Positions 41,632-56,348 of a stretch of 64,000 nt of DNA are shown here, in pieces. Position 1 is the stretch's first letter, and the number at the start of each line of letters is the position of its first letter. The notes beneath the pieces are model-generated. The model was not told the DNA's origin, did not search any database, and saw nothing but the letters and a program-made list of their open reading frames with translations. Made by a program: the position numbers and the translations under genes. The DNA comes from Octopus vulgaris (lineage: Eukaryota), in the NCBI GenBank assembly GCA_951406725.2, contig OX597819.1, positions 129,208,001 to 129,272,000 on the forward strand. Direction: 5' to 3'.

Positions 41632-41706
41632 AACAAACTATCGCCGTAGCTCAACCGGCTAGAAATACCAGTCAAATAATTTTGAAAGCACACTATACCG
41701 CCTTAA

Positions 41707-41741
<35 letters not shown>

Positions 41742-41795
41742 AGAAGAAGAAGAAGAAGAAGAAGAAGAAGAAGAAGAAGAAGATATAGAAGATGT

Positions 41796-41835
<40 letters not shown>

Positions 41836-41908
41836 GAAGAAGAAGAAGAAGAAGAAGAAGAAGAACAACAACAACAACAACAACAACAACAATTAAAATC
41901 AGAATGCT

Positions 41909-41946
<38 letters not shown>

Positions 41947-43090
41947 AATCATCATCGTCGTCATCATCATCATCACCAACAACAGATCCACCGGCTCCAT
42001 TCCCAACGTTGTCACATTGAACAAGCACCGCTAACACCACAACTGCTGCTGCTGCTGCTACTACTACTACTACTACTACTACTACTATAATTACAACCCA
42101 ACCATGACCAACACAAACTACTGTCACCACTACTGAAACCCGACCATGGCTACCATCACCACCTCCCCATCACCCCCTCAATCACCACTACCATCACCTC
42201 CACCACCGCCACTAAGAGCATCATAACCACCACCTCTAACACCATCACCACCATTAACGCCACCATCCATCCATCCATCCTTCAATCCATCCATTCATCA
42301 CTATTACCGAACCAGCGAAGGAGCTTCTAGATAATCACTTGCTCTGCTGGAAATAGCAGTCGAATCTCCCGCAAATCACAGTATGCTTCCTTGGGAAAAG
42401 AAACGTTAGATAATGTGGTGCTGGGTTCCCTGCGTTTTGGATTTTAAAAATACAGGATGGTCGCGGTTGGCTTGCCTTTGATCAGATCTGCTCGAACAGG
42501 GCTTACTTGGCACTCTAACCAACGACAACAGCTTCACCACTACCACCAAAACTTTAAGCACATCCTCCACTGCCATCACCACTTCAACTACCACCACCAC
42601 CACTATCATCACCACCACTATCATCACTACCTTTATCATCATCATCATCATCACCAACACCATTACCACCACCACCACTATCATCATCAACACTACCTTT
42701 ATCATCATCATCATCATCATTATCATCACCAACACTATCACCATCACCACCACCACCATCACCACCACCACCACCACCATTACCACCACCACAACAACAA
42801 CAACCACATCTACTTCCACCCTCGTCAACATCACCATCGCCACACCTACTGCTTCTATCACCACCATTACTTATCCACCACCACCCACAACCACCACTAC
42901 CGGTGCCGCCGCCACCGTCGCCACCATGTCTATACCAACCACAACCTCCACCGTCACCATTATTCTTATTCTTCTTATTATTATCAGTTCCACCATTTCA
43001 ATCTCGCTGACTACCATCAATCTTGTTTCTTCATTTCGCAGAAGAGCGCCGGCGGCGGCGGTGAAAAGCGGCGGCGAAGGTGTTGCAGGC

Positions 43091-43123
<33 letters not shown>

Positions 43124-43893
43124 GGTGGTACGGCGGTGGTGGTGGTGGCGGTGGTTGTGGTGGTGGTGATAATGATGATGATGATGATGATGTTGATGAT
43201 GGTAGTGGTGGTGGTGGTGATGGTGGTGATGATGGTGATGACGATGATGATGGTGGTGGTGGTGGTGGTGGTGGTGGTGGTGGTGGTGGTGATGACGATG
43301 GTGCTGACGATGATGATAGTGGTGGTGGTGGTGGTGGTGGTGATGATGGTGATGATGATGATGTTGATGACGGTGATGGTGGTGGTGTTGGTGGTGTTGT
43401 TGTTGTTGGTGGTGGTGGTGGTGGTAGTATTGCCGGTAGTGGGTGGGGAGGGAGGGAAAGAGCGATGGTAGGTTGCATTGACGGCAGTGTGGGGGTGGGG
43501 TGGCGGCACTGTTGGTGGTGGAGACGTTGTGTGAGAAGAGGTGGGGGGGTGATAGTGGTAACGTGGGTGGGGGGGGGGGGGGAGCTGCACAAAACCTGAT
43601 ACAAAAACTATGTAAGATTTCCACCGCTTTTTTCTCTCTCTATAAATACTGCACACGTTCACCGATACGACGACATAGTGAAACAGTTATTCATCATTCC
43701 CGGCAGAATCGTCGCCGTTGCTCCTGCTGCTGCCACCGCCGCCGACGCCGTCGTCGTGGTAGTCATCGTCATCATCATTATCATCATCGTCATCATCATC
43801 ATCATCATCATCATCATCGTAATCATCATCATCACCATCGTTATCATCATCATCATCATCATCATTATCATCATCGTCATCATCATCATCATC

Positions 43894-43924
<31 letters not shown>

Positions 43925-43953
43925 TCATCGTCATCATCATCGTCATCATCATC

Positions 43954-43985
<32 letters not shown>

Positions 43986-44264
43986 CATCATCGTCATCAT
44001 CTTATTGGCCAAATGTACACAAGACGGCACAAAGGCGGAATACGTGAAAGTGGAGGGGAGGGGTGGGGGGGTAATAAACAACAACAAATGAAAAACTGTG
44101 TGGGGGGTGGGGGGTTACATCGAGAAACGGTAAACAAGCAATAACGGTAAACACACATTAACGAAGAGGTGGTAGTAATAAATAACAACAAAAAAAACTA
44201 CGAAATAATAATAATAATAATAATAATAATAGTAATAATAATAATATTAATATTAATAATAATA

Positions 44265-44317
<53 letters not shown>

Positions 44318-44395
44318 TAATAATAATGATGATAATGATAATAATAATGATGATAATGATATAATGATAATAATAATGATGATGATGATGATGAT
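41590..44395. repeat. Mixed trinucleotide repeat field (CAA, GAA, GAT, CAT, CAC, GGT, AAT)
   Basis: Direct inspection. Confidence 0.9.
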
Positions 44396-45008
44396 ATGTG
44401 CCCTGTTGCAGTACCAATGCACTGATGCAGTGCCTAAATGCCCTGATGCAGTGCCAGGCAATGGCTCTCATGGCTTCTGATCTTGACTGATTGGAAGTGT
44501 TATCATGTACATTGTTTTGTCTTGGTATAAAAGATGGGCTACAGCAAATATCTTGCTCAATACCACAGATTTGCTTGTCAGTTGTTTGACCTTAACCAGT
44601 TGAGCATGTCCCTTAGTGACTGACGATATGTGCATCTCTGATCATGAGCAGAAGTAGTGGGGGAGCATCATAGCCATGTGTTGAGAGGTATTCTTTGGGG
44701 TCTGAATAATTCACCTTTGGAAACATGGGTGTTTCGTTCAACATCCTTAAACAAACCTTATCCAGGGACCTTTTGAGCGGGATGGGCTACTCAACCTGAA
44801 GAAAATTCTAACTGGGCCTCACCTGCAAGGTCATGTGCTGTTTATCTTGATATGAGATCACCATGTCACACACATATGGTTGTGATGCATGTGCCTGGTG
44901 TACCCTTATCAGACGGGTAGTCATGATGGGTATACTGGGCTTCGTATATTTTACACCAGTGTCACTTTGATGGCATGCACTGCTCTCTCACTCAATAATA
45001 ATAATAAT
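44396..45008 (+). mobile_element. Probable non-LTR retrotransposon 3' end inserted in an (AAT)n tract
   Basis: Complex ~600-bp block between GAT/AAT repeats ending CTCTCTCACTC(AAT)n; no ORF; R4/Dong-like targeting is inference only. Confidence 0.45.
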
Positions 45009-45009
45009 A

Positions 45010-46552
45010 GTTTCAAATTTTACCACAAGGGCAGCAATTTTGTGGAAGTGGTTAAGTCGATTACATCGCCTCCAGTGTATAACTGGTAATTATTTTATCG
45101 ATCTCGAAAGGATGAAAGGCTAAGTCGACCTCGGCAGAATTTGAACTCTGAACGTAAAGACATACAAAATATCGCTAAGTATTTCGCCCGGCGTGCTAAC
45201 ATTTCTGTCAATTCACCAATTTTAAGCTTTCAAAGTTTGGAACAAGGTCAGCAAATTTGTGGTGGGGAGTTGTTAATCGATTAGATCGACCCAAAAGCCC
45301 AACTGGTACTTATTTTATCCACCTCGAAAGGATGAAAGTAAAGTCAACCTCGATGGAACTTCAGCTCAGCACATAGCCGGAAGAAATTCTGCTAAAGTTT
45401 GTCCGGTGCGCTTACGATTTTACCAACTCGAAAACGATAATAATTACCTTCACCTTAGCGAACGCAGAGATATTGTTTCAGTCGTGTTTGTTTGTCTGTT
45501 TGTTTGTCCGTGTACAAGATATCTCAAGAACCGCCGGATGAATTCAGATGAAACTTTCAAGGATGTTTGGCCTCGTGACTAGCACGAACTGATTAGATTT
45601 TGGGATCGATCCAGTACCGGACAAGGATTCTGGATTATTTTCCGTTTTTTTACTTAATTTTTGTGTTCATTTTTCGTATTCTCGTTCGTGAGATCAGTCG
45701 AGTTTATTTCAAATATTCACATTTTAAAAATCATCTCTGGCTAATCGTTGAGAGGACATTGGTGTTGCCTTGGCGGAAGCTTACGCTCTCTGAGTGCTCA
45801 TGCTATTTTTAATCTTGGTACAAGGTCAGCAATTTGAGGGAAGGGGCAAGTCGACTACATCAATGCCAGTGCTCACCTAAAGTCGACCTCGGCGGAATTT
45901 GAATTTTGAACATGGGGAGTCGGAAGAAATTCCGTTAATCCTTTTATTCCATGCGATGACGATTCTGTTTGCTCCCGGCTAATCTAGACAAAAGGCCAGT
46001 AGTTTTGAGTGATAGAGATTTTCCGATTCCATCAACACAAATACTTTATTTCGTTAATCACACAGGAGATAAAACGCAAAGATTTCGGCAGGATGTGAAC
46101 TCAAAACAAAGAAGCAGGAGAAATTCTACAAGACATTTTTGCCCCAACGCTCGAGCGATTCTGTCAGCTCGCCATCTGATGGTGATAGCTTCTGAATAAG
46201 ACACGAGGCCATCGATTTTGAAGGGAACGGTTAGTACTTGACTTCAGAAGTATGAAAGTCAAAGTTAAACTCGGCGGAATTTGAACCCAGAAAGTAAAGA
46301 GCCAGAGGAAACATCTAACGATTCTGCTAATCCACCGACTAAATTGTTTCTAGCATAGCCCCAAATTTTGAAGCCCCAAATTTTGAAATTTGGGGTAGGG
46401 TAAAAGATGAATTATCAACCCTAGTGCCTGACTGGTACTGTATTTTCCTTAACTCTGGAGGAGTGAAAGGTTAGATAGATCTCGGCGAGATTTGAACGCA
46501 GAACGTCAAGAGCTGGAACAAAGGAACAAATACCGCTATGATAATTTTGTCA

Positions 46553-46607
<55 letters not shown>

Positions 46608-46800
46608 GTTTCAACTTTTCGGTACAAAGCCACTAATTTGAAGAAGAAGTGAGGCAGTCAATTACATAGACCCCAATATTTGACTGGTACTTAATTTTTT
46701 CGACCCTGAAAAGATGGAAGGCAAGGTTGACCTCGGCAGGATTTGAACACGCAATGTAAAAAAGCGGAGACAGATGCCACGAGACATTTTGTAGGACACT
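45010..46800 (-). mobile_element. Cluster of about 7 head-to-tail decayed SINE family A copies (tail B)
   Basis: Cores GTCGACCTCGGC.GAATTTGAAC or variants at about 45125, 45340, 45880, 46085, 46265, 46480 and 46725. Confidence 0.8.
45443..45806 (+). mobile_element. Non-autonomous Helentron (DINE-1/HINE-like)
   Basis: Subterminal inverted repeat ACCTTCACC / GGCGGAAGCT, internal (GTYT)n tract, ATGAAACTTT core, 3' stem-loop CGCTCTCTGAGTG, T-rich flanks. Confidence 0.75.
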
Positions 46801-46963
46801 AATAATAATAATAATAACCGATTTCAGCGTTACCAAAATGCTCCGTTTCCCCATCATCATCATCATCGTCGTCGTCGCTGCTGGTGTCATCGCCAGCACC
46901 ATCTCCATCATCAACATTATCATCATCATCATCATCATCATCACCATCTCCATCATCAACATT

Positions 46964-46996
<33 letters not shown>

Positions 46997-47720
46997 GCCA
47001 TCATTATCATCATCGTTGTACTTGTCCTCATGTACTCATTTATGATTACCAGCACCGTTATCATCATTACCATCATCATAAGAACTACTACTACCACCAC
47101 CACCACCACTACTACTACTACTACCACCACCACTACCACTACCACCACCATCACCACTACTACTACTACTACTAATTAAACGAAATCTTTTCTGGCACTC
47201 TCATAGATAGTCAATGATATATAATGTAAGGTGTGTGTATGCGTGCACATGTGCGCATATAAACATACACACACACACACACACTTGCACAATCATACAC
47301 ACACACACACACTTACACAATCATACACACACACGCACACACACAGCTGTACTCAGTTCAAGGATATATAATATTGTAGTGTGTGTGTGTATGTATTTGA
47401 GTGTGTTTGCGTATTGTATATATATATATATATATATTATACATTCATGCACACATACACACACATACACACACATACACACACACTCACACACACACAC
47501 TCACACACACGCACACACATGTTACAGTGATGCCCAGTTCGACAGACGCATTAGTGGTGGATATAAATATTTGCTGTAGACAACAAATGAAGTCACAGCG
47601 TGAAGTAATACCTTGGCATTATCACTCACAACAAAGCTGGATTAAGTTGTTACATTTATCTATTTATTTTCAGAGAGACTCTCTGTCTGTGCATGTGTGT
47701 GTGTGCGCGCGAGAGAGAGC

Positions 47721-47755
<35 letters not shown>

Positions 47756-48553
47756 AGGCAGCAAGTGTGTGTGTGTGTGCCACAGTATGCTTGTTCGGTG
47801 GAGGAGACGTAAAGAAAGCGAGAGAAATAGAGAAAGAGAGAGTGCGAGTGTGTGTGCCAACATTAAGTGTGTTATGTAATTTATCTCCCTGCACTTTATG
47901 TGTATGTGTGTGCGTATGTGTATAAATGTGCAGGTGCTCTTATGTATGTGTGTATGTATGTATGTATGTATGTATGTATGTATGTATGTATGTGTGTGTG
48001 TGTATAAGTAAATATATCAAAGAGGGTTTCCTCTCGAGTGTTAGTTGCGTAAGTTACAGCTAGGTACTATTACTCCGTGAAATGTTGTCCGTAACTAATA
48101 AGTTTAGCAATAAAGAGATAAGTAAATAAATAAATAAATATATAAGTAAATAGATATATAAATAAATAAATACTGTGATTTAGAACAGTGGAACAATGCC
48201 AAAATTTATTGGGAGAGGTCACAAGAGACGCCAGTATTTGATTGATATGCCTCGTATTGTTCTCTGAAAGGCAGAGTTGGTCCTGATGGGATTTGACCCC
48301 AGGACACAGTGGTTCAATTAAAACTGACATATAAAATGTGCTGGTGCTAGATCTTGTCTTTTGGTCCCAGGCTGGCCTTGAACCACTTTGACCAAGAATC
48401 GATGGTGTTCAAGTCATGACCAGCCTTTTATTCTTTTTATATAGTTTATATATATTTATATATATATACATATATATAGTATGTGACTTCGTGAAGACTA
48501 CCTGCAATTTTTTTTCCTCTGTCCTCCCGTCTCGGGATCTTTCCTTCTCCTAT

Positions 48554-48588
48554 GTTTCCGACGAAGAGCTCCGCCCGAAACGTCATAC
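48554..48588 (+). ncRNA. Minimal hammerhead motif, CCGACGA core (second copy, slightly decayed)
   Basis: gttt CCGACGA a GAGC tcc GCCC GAAAC GTC atac; element 48481-48690 between (TA)n tracts. Confidence 0.6.
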
Positions 48589-48685
48589 CCTCCTTCTTCC
48601 CTTCTTTCCTGAGCGTCCAATAATACTTTATTTGTTGCACATCCTCGCGTTGTTGTGTTTTTGTTTTCTTGTTTGGATTAACTTT

Positions 48686-48762
<77 letters not shown>

Positions 48763-49259
48763 TATTAGATTATTAAATGTGGAAATTTGTGTAAGGCAGG
48801 GAGCTGGTAGAATCGTGAGAGCTTCGGACACAATGCATTTCTTCTAGCCCCTTACCTTTCTGATTTCAAATGCCACCGAAGTCAACCTTGATCGACAAAG
48901 GTACTGGGACTCCGGCGATATTGGGTTTTTTTCCCCTCCGCACAAAATTAGTGACCTTGTGCTAAAATCAAGAAAGAAAAAAAATAAATGTGTGTCTTTT
49001 AAGAGAGCAAAGTGCTATTTTGAGGAGGTGTGTTTAATTGCAATTTTTTTGTATGCCGTGTGACAACGTTGGGGGTCCTCAGAGGTGATGGAATTTGTTG
49101 TGTTGGGTTGGATTGCTTCATAGAAAGATTAGGAACTCTTACAAGGAACATTCTGATGTTTTCTTTATATTTTATATAAATACTTGTATATTGTAAGAGA
49201 GACTAACAGAAACTATATTGGCTTAAATATAACAACACGGGAAAAATTGGGGTGTTCAA

Positions 49260-49309
<50 letters not shown>

Positions 49310-49395
49310 TATGAGGGTGTGTGTGTGTGCATATATATGTGAAGGGAGGGGCGAGAGATGAAGAATGCATGGTTTAAATAACTACACTTTACTAT

Positions 49396-49447
<52 letters not shown>

Positions 49448-49489
49448 TTGTATATATATATTTTGTATTTTTATTGCTAGCTAGCAAGC

Positions 49490-49712
<223 letters not shown>

Positions 49713-49814
49713 GCGAAGAGAAAGAGATTATGAATTAATTATTGTTTTTGTGCGTGTGTTCGCGCACAGGCATGTGTGTGTGTGTGCGCGTGAATGAGTG
49801 AGTGAATGTGTGTG

Positions 49815-49876
<62 letters not shown>

Positions 49877-50020
49877 TGTGAAGTGCAGAGACTGTGGGAC
49901 ATACACACACACGTACATTCCCCCCACTTATTCATGTTTACATTCTGAATTACCTCCCTTCGCTATCAACACTTGCGTGTTCGCTAAACGTCACTTAACG
50001 AACAAACAGTGCGCGTCGGA

Positions 50021-50026
50021 TCAGTC
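50021..50026 (+). promoter_or_regulatory. Possible initiator (TCAGTC)
   Basis: Invertebrate Inr-like motif 46 bp upstream of the ATG at 50067, no intervening ATG, in non-repetitive CpG-containing sequence. Confidence 0.3.
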
Positions 50027-50066
50027 CGCGCAAAATTCTTTGGGAAGTCAATAAACAAGCCTCGTA

Positions 50067-50127
50067 ATGAAACTCTTCTATAGTGTACTACTACTGCTGT
50101 TTTTCTGCTATATTTCGTTTTCGGAAG
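50067..50127 (+). CDS. Probable first coding exon of a secreted or membrane protein (signal peptide)
   Basis: MKLFYSVLLLLFFCYISFSE plus one base (phase 1), followed by consensus donor AG|GTAAGA; basic n-region, hydrophobic h-region, small polar c-region. Confidence 0.55.
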
Positions 50128-51189
50128 GTAAGAGCATTGAATTCTTTCAATCCCCAAGCGATATTTTTCCATCTTATTTTGGGGTGATACTGCAGGAGAG
50201 GATCGTTATCTAAATTTTTTCTCCACCGAAATGAAAAGAAAAATTGCTGCTCGTACACAGAGCGTTATTGATGCTGATACTATTGTGAAATTTGGTAATA
50301 ATGTTTCGCTGCTGTTTTGTTTTCTGTCGTGTTTTCGTTTTCTTTTTTCTATCGTTTTCTTACGAATCTCCTACAGAGTTTAAATCATGAATGATTTAAC
50401 TAATTTCATTATCTCTTTATAAGAGGAAAAAAGCAGACGTCTCCCAAAGCGATTTCCCCGTTGACTGACTGTGAGCGGTTCGCTTGTTAATCATACAGTG
50501 TCCCGATTGCCTATAGTAGTGTTGTTGCATGCCTTTACCCATTTTACCAAAACATGTAATTCTAACTACACCAGTGGCAGTTACATGGTTTAGATACGGA
50601 TAAATTACAGTGGCCGTCGTATGCTGCGAACTTACGACCATCGGGCTTTGTAATGTCACACACTTTTGGTTCTATCCAACACGATGCTCACGTACATACA
50701 TACATACATACATACATACATACATACATACATACATACATACATACATACATACATACATACATACATGATTGTATATCGTCGAGAAACAGGCTCCAAA
50801 TGTATAGTAGGAGTGTATAAGAGTGCTTGATTTGAGCATCGTAAGAAAAACGAAATTAGACACAATCGGGAATCGAAACTCGGACGGAATCGGTCGGGTT
50901 TCTTTTTTTGTATTTTCTTTTTTGTCATTTTTTTTTTCTTTTGTTTTTTTTTTTTCAATCACATCCGCACCAATTAAGATGATCAGATTGATGTTCTCTT
51001 TTGAGTAATATTCGTAAGGCACAGTGGATAATCGACCAGTTATAGTAGAGATGTATGTATGTATGTATGTATGTATGTATGTATGTATGTATGTATGTAT
51101 GTATGTATGTATGCATGCATATATATATGTATGTATGTATGTATGTATATATGTATGCATGCATGCATGTATGTATGTATGTATGTATG

Positions 51190-51221
<32 letters not shown>

Positions 51222-52085
51222 CAGGTATGCATGCTTACAAATTTGTATGTATGTATGTATGTATGTATGTAGTCCTATAGAAATACGCAGGAAAGCATTT
51301 GGACTATAAGCAAAGGCGAACATAACAGCTGACAGGCAAAATCGATTCCAGTGTGAATTGAACTCGAAACCTAGATAGAAGGAACTGCATCGTAAAACAC
51401 CTTTAATCTAGGGTTTCTTCTGTCTCTTATTTCCCTGCCACATTTATTAGATCTAAAATTACCATTAACCGATTCCAAAGCTGGTTTAGATTAAAGAAAT
51501 ATTTTGGCTGCATCGTAAGCGACCCGCTACCTGTAAGGGCCTCCACATACAACAGAAACAAAAGCTAATCAGCTTGATGTACATCGGCAACAGAAAGAAG
51601 AAGAAGATACACCTACGAATGTACACACTAACTGCCAACGAAGACACCACCACTGCTTTTTTTTTTTTTTTTTTTTTTTTTTTGTCCTATTTATTTTATA
51701 AATGTATAAATAACATGACTGAATGAACGGTAGGATTAAATTCGGGCCTCTTTGAATCGAACGAGATCTTCTACTCAAACACTTCCAGAAAACATTTACA
51801 TTTAGCGTGATTACAGATTTAATATCTTTTCAGGGGCCTAGCCTTTTTTTTTTGTTTTCTTTTTTTTTTTTTTTAAGGGAAAGCGTATATTTCATTGAAT
51901 CGACTCCAGTAATAATTTTAACAATCCTAAAGGCATTTTTAGCCACCAAGGGAAGCTTTATATGTGCTTTAAAGGAACCTTCTACCGAGTCAATAAGGAG
52001 CTTCTATGCGATCACATAAGCTGCAAAAAATAACAGCAAACTCATTTATATTACATTATACAGCCTTAAATAACTAAAGGACGCT

Positions 52086-52118
<33 letters not shown>

Positions 52119-53717
52119 GGAATGAAAATTTATATATAAAGAACGTGAAATACACGAAGGGACGAACACAGAAAACAGACGGGTCATTCGAAGCCTTCAA
52201 TCTTCAGTCAGAAACCGAATCATCATGGCAAATTTCGGCTGATTAATTCTGATATTTGCTCCAACTCGGCCAGCCCCAATATATATATGAAATGATGAGA
52301 TGGTCATAGTTAGTTATAGACAGTTATGCTCAATCTGGTTTGACTCTGGGCAAACCAACCGTAAAGAGATTTAGACTATGCGTGCAAAGGGTGTATCAGA
52401 CTACCCCAAAGCATTTGATTCCGTACTCTACCGTTTGAGACACTCCTCACCACTCCTCAATAGTATAAAATAATATTGGACACGCTGTACGACAGAGAAT
52501 TAGCGGGATTAGTAATTAGAGTGTCGATAGTAATATCATGTAGTATTAGTTTCAGCACGCTTCACTCTGAGTTCAAATCCCACCTAAGTCAACCTGGTCT
52601 TTCATCCTCTTGGGGCTGATAAATAAAGCGCCAGTCCACCAGTGCAGAACAGTGTATTGAGGGAGTCGTTACAACGTTGTTTGAAATGTTTTTATGTTAC
52701 CCTACTTTGCGTTTGGAGTTCAAATTTTAAGTCATTATTTCTCACCAGCTTTTGGTGATTGGCTAATGGGGATAGGCTTCCATTGTTGGATAGAGCGATT
52801 GGGTAATTGGAACAACATCTCCGTTGTGTCCATATGTTTGAATGAAAAAATGCGAACCTTGCACCAGAGAGGGGCAGAATGCATATTGGGTCAGTAAAAG
52901 AAAAAGCAAACTGGAATTCAATCCTTCTTGTGATGCGTACAAGCAAACATGAATAAGCGGTAATATTTAAATTTCGTCCACGTCTAAATTTGAAACCATC
53001 CCCAGATGAAACCCTTAAAAGTTCAAATAAAAACAAAAACAATGAAACCAAAACGGTTTTTAAATATGCTTCATACTTATGAACATGTACCAAAAGGTAC
53101 TCTTTTTTTTTTTTTTTGCAGTAGAGATGAGGGCCTCCACAGGATCTTTTACACTTACGATTGCTTCTGGTACTAAAAAATGTTTCCCCCCACCAGGCTC
53201 TACGTTGTCGCTATAATCTGCTAGAAATAGCAGTCAAATCTCACGCTTAAAATACCCTGCTGTTTTTACTTTATGAAAAATAAGAATACTGGGTAGTGCA
53301 GTGTTATGTAAACTCTGTCGGCAGAGACGAGATGGTCATGGCTGGAACGTCTTTGGTCATAGGTTTGCTCTATCAAGACATGACGTGGAGCTAAATAGCA
53401 ACAGACAGCTACAACAACAATAAGCAAAACATGCTACCAAAGCTGACCTTAATAGGATTCGGCCCACTGGGGGTCAGGTTTTGTACTACAGGTGCTGTGT
53501 GATATGTAATTGTTATGGCTGGGGGAGATGATGACGTTGTTGCATTTATATGACCCCAGGTCAATCCTCGTACAAAACTTATGACCAAATGCATTCCAGC
53601 CATGACTATCCCGTCTTTTCAGACAGTTATTTAGGACATTTATTTTTTTAAGGACCTATCGAATAATACATTATTCAATGTCCTTTCTCATTTTTGCAAG
53701 ACGATATTGTTTGATTT

Positions 53718-53950
53718 AAGGTGGTGAGCTGGCAGAAACGTTAGCAAGCCGGGCGAAATGCGTAGCCGTATTTCGTCTGCGGTTACGTTCTGAGTTCAAA
53801 TTCCGCCGAGGTCGACTTTGTCTTCAATCCTTTCGGGGTCGATAAATTAAGTACCAGTTACGCACTGGGGTCGATATAATCGACTTTATACCTATGTCTG
53901 TCTTTGTTTGTCCTCTCGGTGTTTAACCCCTTGTGGGTAGTAAAGAAATA
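53718..53950 (+). mobile_element. Full-length SINE family A inserted into a (CAA)-tailed repeat
   Basis: TSD G(A/G)TA(T/C)TGTTTGATTT. Confidence 0.9.
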
Positions 53951-55878
53951 GGTACTGTTTGATTTGAGGGAGATTTGGCTATTGTTCCTAGCAGACTGGA
54001 GACGGATGTGCGCTTCGAGCCATAGAAGCTCGGTTTTGGGGCCTCTATGGAATTTGCTCTGACACTACGTGCTACTCATTTCTGCTCTTCAAATGCTCTT
54101 CCCCCGACCACGCTAACAGATACGCTACGTTGAGTGTTGCAGCGGCCTCGACAGCGGGAACTAAAGTGAAGAGATAATCTGAGAGAATGGAAAACGGTTG
54201 AGTAAAACAACAGTAATATACTAACTAGTAGTACATGCTCTCTGTTGTAACTTACGAAATATCTGACTTTTTGTGTAGCTTAGGTAAATAGCTTGCGTCT
54301 GTGTCTTTACACCCGTAATCCTGAATCCGTGGGAAATTTTAGGGTTCCACAATGAAATTTGGGTTATCGTACTGATTTTGATGGTCTTATTTTCTTTCTA
54401 CGTTGATTTCTAAATATGCTGAGTGCTAATTTATTTACAAGGCTGTTAATGTTATGAAATAGGTAATAAAGATTAATTTTTTTTTTCTTAACATGTATGG
54501 GGGTGACTGTGGGAAATGGAGACGGTGAACCGTTAAAAGAGAAATACCGTAAAACGTTTAAGAAACACTGATTTACATAGACGTGTATCTAAGACCAGTC
54601 AATGAGGTAGACTCTACATAGTAGCTCGACCTGCTAGAAATAGCAGCCAAATATCCATTAAATCATAACTACTGTCTCGAAAAAAATATGTAAGGAACGA
54701 TGCATTCGGTAATGTATTCTCTCGATCCCTCATTCCTTTATAGACAGTCTGTTCGATCAGGGTTGAATTGGGCCAAACAACAAAACAGCCTACCGTGCTT
54801 TTAATTCAGGAAAGGTAGGAGAGAGATAAATAACTGATACGCGTATAATTTCCTTGTAGCATTAGGCTCAATATTTCTCCGAGGGGTGGGGCAAATGGGG
54901 ATTGAAAAGGTGCCGGACAAATTAATATGATTAATAAAATTATGACTATTTCAGACTTTTTTAACCTTGTCAGACATCATAGAGAAGAAAGAAGAATTAT
55001 ATGGATCCAAACAATAATTTGTCTTCTAGATTACTAGAGGAGGGGCTGCAAATAATTGCCCCCTTTTTTTTTTTTGCGTTGGGGTTGTATTTGTTAGGGT
55101 GTGGCCCACTGCATCAGCAGATACGTCAGTGTGCAGGAATGGGAAACATGTTGCGAATTCGACTTTTCTCTCAAGAATGTACAATTGCAAAAGAAAGCCT
55201 TGCACTCGCCATGCATACACACATACACACGTATGCACAAGCACACACAAGCACACACACACACACGTACACGAACGCACACACATGCAAGCACACACAC
55301 ACACACATGCAGACAAACACGTAAGGGCAAACGCATACATACAACTAAACACACATGGAAACAAACCAATGACGAAGCGTCTGCGCCTTCCCTCGACCTG
55401 GTAGAAATAGCAGCTAAATCTCTCAGAACTTACCCTTCGTCTTAAACAGAGAATGATATTTGTTCCAAGTAATAGTACCTAATATACAAAAGGCATGTTT
55501 TTGGATTGTCACGGGTGGAACGCCTTTGATCATAAGTCTGCAAGATCGGGGCTGACCCGGGGCTAAACAATACTTATGATACCATAATGCTTAACATATA
55601 TACGTGTGTGGCAGTGAAGTTAAAGAAAAATTGTAGTCATGTAGATTTGGGTTCAACCCCACTGAACGACATTTGGGGTTTGACCAATGCCTTAAGGGTG
55701 AATTTGATAGGCGAAAACTATGTGAAAGTCCGTCATAGATAGATAGATAGATACATACATACATACATACATACATACATACATACATACATACATACAT
55801 ACATACATACAGACATACAGACAGACAGACAGACATATGTGTGAGAGAGTGCGTTTATATATTTATGTGTGTGTGTGT

Positions 55879-56026
55879 GTGTGGTAAGTAGCTTGCTTAC
55901 CAACCACATGGTTTCGGGTTCGGTCCCACTGCTTGGCACCTTGGGCAAGTGTCTTCTACTATAGCCTCGGGCCAACCAAAGTCTTGTGAGTGGACTTGGT
56001 AGACGGAAACTGAAAGAAGCCCGTCG

Positions 56027-56088
<62 letters not shown>

Positions 56089-56271
56089 TGTGTGTCTGTG
56101 TTTGTCCCCCTAGCATTGCTTGACAACCGATGCTGGTGTGTTTATGTCCCCGTAATTTAGCGGTTCGGCAAAAGAGACCGATAAAATAAGTACTAGGCAT
56201 ACAACGAATAAGTCCTGGGGTCGATTTGCTCGACTAAAGGCGGTGCGCCAGCATGGCCACAGTCACATGGC

Positions 56272-56272
<1 letters not shown>
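55879..56272 (+). mobile_element. CORE-type SINE (family B)
   Basis: Reverse complement of 5035-5448. Confidence 0.9.

Positions 56273-56345
<73 letters not shown>

Positions 56346-56348
<3 letters not shown>

Noticed and set aside
52692-53093. 133-aa minus-strand ORF or possible exon ending at GTGAG
   Set aside because: No recognisable homology; reading frame ambiguous
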